From contig NW_027361775.1 in NCBI RefSeq assembly GCF_039654945.1, positions 12,400,001 through 12,464,000 on the forward strand: a stretch of DNA of 64,000 bases, written 5' to 3'. A program made the translations under genes and the position numbers. A model generated the notes under the pieces. It was not told the origin of the DNA. It saw only the letters and a program-made list of their open reading frames with translations, and did not search any database. This stretch comes from Dendrobates tinctorius (lineage: Eukaryota). This document shows, in pieces, positions 62,003 to 64,000 of this stretch. Every line of letters begins with the position of its first letter. Position 1 is the stretch's first letter.

Positions 62003-63905
62003 TAAAGAAGAATATAATGCTGTCTGCAGAACCTGCAGGGCACAAATCAGATTAGCTAAAGCTGACAATGAATTGAGGCTTGCAAGAGATGTCAAAAGCA
62101 ATAATAAAGGATTTTGGGGATATGTCAAAAGTAAAAGAAAAGTCAAAGATGCTATAGGATTTTTACAGGATGAAAATGATGAAATGGTAAGACAGGATGT
62201 TGAGAAGGCCGAACTTTTAAATTCCTATTTTGCCTCTGTTTTCTCTCAGAAAGGAAATGTAACATCAACTGTTCTTCACTGTCCTATTAAGGGAATAGAA
62301 GAATCCAGGATATCTATAAACAGAAATATAGTGAGGAAACACTTAGCTAACCTAAATGAATTCAAGTCTCCAGGTCCAGATGAATTACACCCCAGAGTAC
62401 TGAAGGAGATAGCAGAAGAAATTTTTGAACCCCTCTCCATAATCTTTGAAAATTCTTGGAGAACAGGAGAAGTCCCAGAAGACTGGAGAAGAGCAAATGT
62501 TGTTCCTATCTTCAAAAAGGGGAAGAAGGTGGACCCAGGCAACTATAGGCCGGTGAGTCTGACTTCTATACCAGGAAAGATCTTTGAACAAATTATTAAA
62601 CAACATGTATGTCAGTACCTGGATAAGAATGAAGTGATTAAACAGAGTCAGCATGGGTTTGTAACTAGTAAGTCATGTCAGACTAACTTAATTTCCTTCT
62701 ATGACGGAATCACTGATTGGGTGGATCAAGGAAATGCTGTAGATATAGTATATCTTGACTTCAGCAAAGCATTTGACAAAGTATCTCATACAATCCTTAT
62801 TGAAAAAATGACTAAGTATGAAATGGACAAGGCAACTGTTAGGTGGATTCATAACTGGCTTAGTGATCGGACCCAAAGAGTGGTCATAAATGGCTGCACA
62901 TCCAGTTGGAAGAATGTCTCAAGTGGGGTACCACAGGGCTCTGTCCTGGGCCCTGTATTGTTCAACATCTTTATCAACGATTTAGATGAAGGAATTGAGG
63001 GTAAACTGATTAAATTTGCTGATGACACAAAGCTAGGAGGGATAGCTAATACTAGAGAAGAGAGAGAGGATTCAAAAAGATATAAATAAACTGGAGAAGT
63101 GGGCAGCAACTAACAGAATGGTTTTTAACAGGTGAAAAATGCAAAGTACTACATCTGGGCAATAAAAATGAAAAAAGCATATACAGAATGGGAGGAATAG
63201 GCCTAAGCAACAGCACATGTGAAAAAGACTTGGGTATACTAATAGATCACAGACTAAATATGAGTCAACAGTGTGATGCAGCAGCAAAAAAAGCAAATGC
63301 AATTCTAGGATGTATTAACAGAAGCATACAGTCTAGATCACGTGAAGTCATTATTTCCCTCTACTCCTCTTTGGTCAGACCTCATCTGGAATATTGTGTC
63401 CAGTTTTGGACACCACATTTTAAAAAAGACATCAACAAACTGGAGCAAGTTCAGAAAAGAGCGACCAGAATGGTGACCGGTCTGCAAACCCTGTCTTATG
63501 AGGAAAGGTTGCAGGATTTGGGATTGTTTAGTTTGCAAAAGAGAAGACTGAGAGGAGACTTAATAGCTGTCTACAAATATCTAAAGGGCTGTCACATTGT
63601 AGAAGGATCAACTTTATTCTCATTTGCACAAGGAAAGACTAGAAGCAATGGGATGAAACTGAATGGGAGGATACACAGATTAGATATTAAAAAAAAACTT
63701 TTTGACAGTTAGAGTGATCAATGAGTGGAACAAGCTGCCACGAGAAGTGGTGAGTTCTCCTTCAATGGATGTCTTCAAACAGAGGCTGGACAGACATCTG
63801 ACTGGGATGATTTAGCGAATCCTGCTTTGAGCAGGGGGTTGGACCAGATGGCCCAGGAGGTCCCTTCCAACTCTACGATTCTATGATTCTATGATTCTAT
63901 GATTC
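62003..63905 (+). mobile_element. 5'-truncated young CR1 LINE with complete RT core
   Basis: 338-aa ORF with [40 protein letters not shown]. Frameshifted C-terminal ORF at 63188-63712. (ATTCTATG)3-4 tail. Confidence 0.96.
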
Positions 63906-64000
63906 ATCATGAATCTTACGCTGTTTATTTGACAGTGGCATAAATTACTTGGCTGTGGAAGAAAATTTTTTTCTGTATACTCTATCATAAATATTGATAC

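Overview
Repeat-dense, apparently gene-free vertebrate DNA (intergenic or deep intronic). The transposon mix suggests an anuran amphibian; this is inference. No host coding exon, rRNA, tRNA or CRISPR array could be supported, and all long ORFs are transposon-derived or repeat artefacts. Main contents: (1) a young full-length Tf1/sushi-type Gypsy chromovirus (48509-54026; 632-bp LTRs, 5-bp TSD) with a self-priming PBS and a PEG10-like -1 frameshift/pseudoknot cassette that is apparently disabled by one base; (2) two full-length IR/DR Tc1 transposons, one a single nonsense codon from intact, plus a DD37E-like relic; (3) Penelope-like retroelement remnants with minimal hammerhead ribozyme motifs, one with 320-bp inverted arms and a 17-bp TSD; (4) two large TTAA-flanked non-autonomous piggyBac-like elements carrying ~390-bp internal tandem repeats and (CCCTAA/CCCTAG)n telomere-like arrays; (5) three solo LTRs of one family, each with a 6-bp TSD; (6) CR1 and L2 LINE fragments, hAT/Harbinger/Kolobok-type MITEs and minisatellites, often nested. 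All comparisons were made by eye; no database searches were run.
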